Positions 59,800-64,000 of a stretch of 64,000 nucleotides of DNA are shown here, piece after piece. The translations under genes were made by a program, and so were the position numbers. The notes beneath the pieces were generated by a model that did no database searches, was not told the DNA's origin, and saw only the letters and a list, made by a program, of their open reading frames with translations. How positions within the stretch are numbered: position 1 is the first letter of the stretch; each line of letters begins with the position of its first letter. This DNA comes from an uncultured delta proteobacterium (GTDB lineage: Bacteria > Desulfobacterota > Desulfobacteria > Desulfobacterales > JAFDCJ01): contig CAVYNY010000018.1 in NCBI GenBank assembly GCA_963769935.1, positions 128,001 through 192,000 on the forward strand, read 5' to 3'.

Positions 59800-61797
59800 A
59801 TGATATTGCCGTCCTTTATATCCAAAATCCCAATGAAAATTTCATTGCCGCTGCTCTTCACGGCGCCGGTCATTTGCGTGGTGATTTTCCTATCGGCCAT
59901 TACCTATGTGGAAGAAAAAAATGCCGCCAATGATTTAATGGCCCAAAACCTGGTTCAGATTCATAATCACATCGAAAAACGGATTGACGATTTATTGAAT
60001 TTGCCCAACCGCATTCAACTGATAAACGCCAACTTGATCAAAGACGGCTGGCTCGATTTAAAAAATCTGCGTTCCTGGAAACCGCTGCTGCTGGAAGAGG
60101 CACAGGCTTTCAAAGGCCTCAGCAGTCTTACGTGGGGAGGATCCGACGGCAGCAGCGTTGGCATCGCACGCTACCCGGAGCAATCCGGCTATGAATTTAA
60201 CATAAAGGATGATAAAACCGGCCAAAACCTTGAGGAATATTATTTTGATGTATACGGTCGCGGGGAGGTAACGCCCCGCGGTAGATACCTGGAGGATCCC
60301 CGCAATCAGCCCTGGTATAACGCGGCGATCAGAGCAGGCAAACCGGTTTGGACCGATCCATACGTGAGGTCGTACAAATACAACTCAAACACGACCCTGG
60401 CCATGGGATATGTCCAACCGATTTATGACCGCGACAAAATGATCATCGGCGTTATGAATGCCGAATTGACCTTGAATGACATATCGCTTTTCCTCGAAAA
60501 ACTCAGCATCGGCCGCACCGGAAAAGCGTTCCTGGTCAACCGCAGCGGCCGCCTGATTGCCACCTCCAGCGGTGTCCCGGTGACCGGTAAGATGAACTTT
60601 CCGGCCATCGCATCTGAATCTGCCGACAGGCAAATAGCAGCTGCAGCAAAGTATCTTGAGAAATCATTCGGGTCTTATCGGGCCATCGATGCGAGATATC
60701 AAGTCCCCCTGAAGCTTACCGGCAAACCTTATCTGCTGATGATCTCACCGTCCGAACATGAGACCGGATTAACCTGGATCATCGCGACATTGGTGCCTGA
60801 AAGCGATTTTTTGGCGGACATTAAATCCATACGCAGTCGTGGCATCAAAATAGGGATCATCGCCGTATTGATCACCCTGTTGTTCGGCGTGATATTGGGC
60901 GCCATCTCGCTGTGGCCGATGCTGGATTTGGTCCGCTATGTTCACCGGGTTGGAAAAGGCGACCTCAGCCACGAATTGAAACTCGAATATTCCACCGAGT
61001 TTGTCAAGCTTTCCAGGGAAATCAACGCTATGACCTCCGGGCTGAGAGACCGCCTGCGGCTGCGCAATTCCCTGGCTCTGGCCCAGGAAGTGCAGCAGAA
61101 TTTATTGCCGTCTGATACACCAAACGTGGAAGGTTTGGATATTGCCGGCCATGCCACCTATTGCGATGAAACCGGCGGCGATTATTATGATTTCCTTGAT
61201 ATCAGCGGCCTGCCCGGCACAACTGCAGCGATCGTGGTAGGTGATGTGGTGGGGCACGGCGTGGCGGCGGCCATGCTTATGGCAACCGCCCGCGGCATTT
61301 TGCGCAGTCGATGCCGCACGCCGGGAACCCTGGCCGATTTGCTCGCCCATCTCAACGACCAGTTGGTGGAGGATACCGGCGGTGAGCGGTTCATGACCAT
61401 GATGCTGATGGCAATTGATGCCAAACGCAGGGAGATGCGTTGGGCAACCGCCGGTCATGACGCGCCCATTATCTATGATCCGGCTGCCGACAGTTTTATA
61501 GAGCTCGCCGGCAATGGCATCTCCCTGGGTCTTAAGAAAGGCGTCGATTACAAAGAAAACCGTTTTAGCGATGTTCGACCGGGCCAGGTATACATGGCCT
61601 TGACCGACGGATTGTTTGAATCTTTCAACAAAAAGGGCAAAATGTTTGGCAAAAAACGTATTCGCAAATTAATCCGCAATTTTGCCAAACTGCCTGCTAA
61701 GGAAATCGCCGAACAAATTAATATCGAATTGGCAAGATTTCTGGGTGATGCGAGTCCGGACGACGATCTGACTTTCGTTATTGCTAAAGTGCTTTGA
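59800..61797 (+). CDS. dCache-HAMP-SpoIIE (PP2C) sensor phosphatase (start uncertain)
   Basis: Two TMs, DPRNQPWY..WTDPY, HAMP, TGGDYYD, GDVVGHG, TDGL, DDLT. Confidence 0.9.
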   Translation: MILPSFISKIPMKISLPLLFTAPVICVVIFLSAITYVEEKNAANDLMAQNLVQIHNHIEKRIDDLLNLPNRIQLINANLIKDGWLDLKNLRSWKPLLLEEAQAFKGLSSLTWGGSDGSSVGIARYPEQSGYEFNIKDDKTGQNLEEYYFDVYGRGEVTPRGRYLEDPRNQPWYNAAIRAGKPVWTDPYVRSYKYNSNTTLAMGYVQPIYDRDKMIIGVMNAELTLNDISLFLEKLSIGRTGKAFLVNRSGRLIATSSGVPVTGKMNFPAIASESADRQIAAAAKYLEKSFGSYRAIDARYQVPLKLTGKPYLLMISPSEHETGLTWIIATLVPESDFLADIKSIRSRGIKIGIIAVLITLLFGVILGAISLWPMLDLVRYVHRVGKGDLSHELKLEYSTEFVKLSREINAMTSGLRDRLRLRNSLALAQEVQQNLLPSDTPNVEGLDIAGHATYCDETGGDYYDFLDISGLPGTTAAIVVGDVVGHGVAAAMLMATARGILRSRCRTPGTLADLLAHLNDQLVEDTGGERFMTMMLMAIDAKRREMRWATAGHDAPIIYDPAADSFIELAGNGISLGLKKGVDYKENRFSDVRPGQVYMALTDGLFESFNKKGKMFGKKRIRKLIRNFAKLPAKEIAEQINIELARFLGDASPDDDLTFVIAKVL

Positions 61798-62022
61798 TCC
61801 AAGATCGTCTTCGAATAAGAATCTGGACAAACCGCATGCGAAAAAAAATGCCCACGGCATAGGTTGACGGCAAAGCCAATCTCCTCTGACCTGGCCCAAA
61901 GGACCAGGTTTTCAATGTTAAAATAAATCCTCATATTGATTTAGGGTGTCAAATTTCATATATTTTTACCTATTCAATTGCTTCAGTCGCAGTGACCCGG
62001 TCGACCAAGAGGGAATTTAACC

Positions 62023-62665
62023 ATGAAAGACATTCGGCAATATACTTTAATTCCACTCGCCCTTTTTATTTCCGCAGCTGCCGGTGCAGCCTTATTTTTC
62101 AGCTACAATGCCTATAGATCGTCCAAGGAGGTTGAGAAAAATTACAGGCAGTCACTCGGGCAGTTGGCTCAAGAAATTGCCGCACTCAAAGCGCAGCTGG
62201 CGACTATACAGGTGCAGGCAGAAGTTGATTCAACTCAAATAGTGTTCAAAACAGCAAATGCTGCTGCTTTAAAAAATAAAGGGAATCCTCTCGTTTCGCA
62301 GCGCGAAGCCGTCAAGCGGTTGGAAAAAATTGTCGAATCGACCGGACTGGAACAGCCTGATTTCAGGTTTTAGAAGAGACACTTCCGAGGTAGAAAAATA
62401 CTATGATATGCTGCGCCAAAATGAAAATTTTTCAAATGTGGTTACGGACCGCGGCGTTGAAGCGGTGCCGAACATCGAGTATTATCTTGCCCGCCAATAC
62501 CTTCGGCAGGGAAGCATCGACAGCGCCCTGCCTCTGATAGAATCCCTGGAGAAGAACTACTCCGACAGTCGATTGTTTACCGGAAGGTTTGGCAGCCGGC
62601 AACGCTGGCAGCCGGTTTCGCAAGTTATTCCGAGTTTGCGCCAGCAAGCGGAGTCAATGCGATAA
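62023..62665 (+). pseudogene. Membrane-anchored hypothetical protein split by a frameshift or deletion near 62355
   Basis: RBS plus TM and coiled coil, continuing in another frame with a TPR-like YYLARQYL segment. Confidence 0.5.
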
Positions 62666-62849
62666 AGCTGCATTTAGTGTTGCGCCTCGGGAAAACATTA
62701 AAAAAAGACATAGAGGATACCTGACTATCGTCTTTGAATAGAAAAAAATCCTTCACCTTGCACCGAATGCCCTGCACCGAATGCCATCTCAAAATTAATA
62801 AATCCATTGTTGCTGGATGGGATCTTTTTAGGTCTACTTAATTATGACA

Positions 62850-63776
62850 TTATCTGTAATTCAGATCGTGCAGTACCTTTAAGTTTCTTCCCAGCACCGG
62901 TAAATATTCGATAATATCTAGATTCTCCAATTTGTTGACAGCATCCTGCGTTTTCTTTTCCTGGGAGCGGCCCTGCAAAATAAAATCGGTTTCCGCCTCG
63001 GAAAATACCGGTCCCTCCTTCACCGATTGCGGTATATCCTTGTTCACGGGGCAAGCTTTCTGGCAGTACAAACAGCCGACCAGGCAGTTGTGCCAGGAAG
63101 GTTTTATCCATTGGGGGAATTCGCCCCGGCGTTCATTGTGGAAAGTTAGGCAGCGTTCCCCATGGAGCAAAAACCGGTCGGCGGTGATGGCACCCGTAGG
63201 GCAGGCTTTCATACAGGCCTTGCAATTTTCACAGTGTTCAAGCACCTGCGGTTCCTGCCAATAGTCTTCAGTGGCGGGAAGATCGGAAATAAAGGCTGCC
63301 AGCCGATGATAACTTCCCAGGCCGTCAACATAGGTTATGTTGTTTTTGCCGTAATGCGCCAAACCGCTGCGCACCGCCAGCAGCTTCCAGGGCAGTTTTG
63401 CTTTTTTCACCTGAAATCCGGACGGTAATAAATGATGTTCAAGCAATCCTTGTATTTGTCGATCGGTCTCATAACTGTATATCGGGGGGATGATAGCGCG
63501 AAAGGATTCGCCCCGCCGGTTGAATGTAACCCGCACCTGAGGTTGGGGGGCAGCGACAATGATCAGCGATTTTGTACCGGATAGGCTGTCTGAAATCTTA
63601 AAATCAAAGCCGGTTAACTCTTCCGTATAAAACTCCTCATCAAATAAGCCCTGACGATACCGGCCTTCAATTTCTGTCTGAAGATCATGAATGTGCCCAC
63701 TGGATATAATTTTAACCTGACAGCCCCGGCTTGCCAGTTCCTCCTTGATCGAAAAAATGATTTTTCCCGGTCGCAT
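62850..63776 (-). CDS. QueG-like 4Fe-4S dicluster protein
   Basis: AVRSGLAHYGKNN, CENCKACMKACPTGA, CLYCQKACP. Confidence 0.85.
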   Translation of the reverse strand: MRPGKIIFSIKEELASRGCQVKIISSGHIHDLQTEIEGRYRQGLFDEEFYTEELTGFDFKISDSLSGTKSLIIVAAPQPQVRVTFNRRGESFRAIIPPIYSYETDRQIQGLLEHHLLPSGFQVKKAKLPWKLLAVRSGLAHYGKNNITYVDGLGSYHRLAAFISDLPATEDYWQEPQVLEHCENCKACMKACPTGAITADRFLLHGERCLTFHNERRGEFPQWIKPSWHNCLVGCLYCQKACPVNKDIPQSVKEGPVFSEAETDFILQGRSQEKKTQDAVNKLENLDIIEYLPVLGRNLKVLHDLNYR

Positions 63777-63822
63777 AAAAATTTCTCCTTTTAATCTTTA
63801 GACATTTTCGAGTTCCAAAGAT

Positions 63823-64000
63823 TTAGAAGCGCTTGTTAGTGCTTCGAATATAATCTCCGATCCGTTTCATGCGCGCCAGATCTTCGGCAGCAAGGGAGCC
63901 CAGATCCAAGGCTGCCAGCGCTTCCCGCATCTGGCGGATATTGCGGGGACCACACAGGCATACATCCACGGCCGGATTGGTGAGCACAAACCGGTAGCAA
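63823..64000 (-). CDS. Aldo/keto reductase, C-terminal part (continues beyond the window)
   Basis: CYRFVLTNPAVDVCLCGPRNIRQMREAL...RMKRIGDYI. Confidence 0.75.
   Translation of the reverse strand, partial: CYRFVLTNPAVDVCLCGPRNIRQMREALAALDLGSLAAEDLARMKRIGDYIRSTNKRF

Overview
The window looks like sulfate-reducer (Desulfobacterales-like, Desulfobacterota) chromosome; this is inferred from dsrT-dsrMKJOP and overall gene content. From left to right: (1) a pair of nucleoside-recognition (Gate) membrane genes bracketed by two copies of a ~155-bp palindromic MITE; (2) a sigma-54 activator and a clear -24/-12 promoter in front of a ~14-kb type-IV-pilus-class (Pil-Chp-like) chemosensory cluster; (3) dsrT-dsrMKJOP with a STAS/REC-PP2C pair upstream; (4) housekeeping genes (trmL, clpB, sirC-ccsA-hemA, fabD, dksA, rnc, PBP1A, hisIG, engB, era, ogt, dus), six of which, between 31 and 40 kb, carry single-base frameshifts that look like assembly errors; (5) an accessory tail with a nucleotidyltransferase, vapBC, a STAND adenylate cyclase and its decayed paralogue, a dCache-SpoIIE phosphatase and several gene remnants. 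The chemosensory cluster has a PilG-like multidomain regulator, two PilH-like receivers, three CheW proteins, a ChpA-like kinase and a PilJ-like dCache receptor, but no CheR/CheB. It also contains an intact M16 zinc peptidase, an unannotated 51-aa ORF with a very strong RBS (13501-13656) and an orphan periplasmic binding protein. That peptidase-microprotein-chemosensory unit is the best candidate for an undescribed system. Intergenic DNA is crowded with MITE/REP-like and heptamer-periodic inverted repeats, some nested and several abutting stop codons. No rRNA, tRNA, CRISPR array or transposase was seen.
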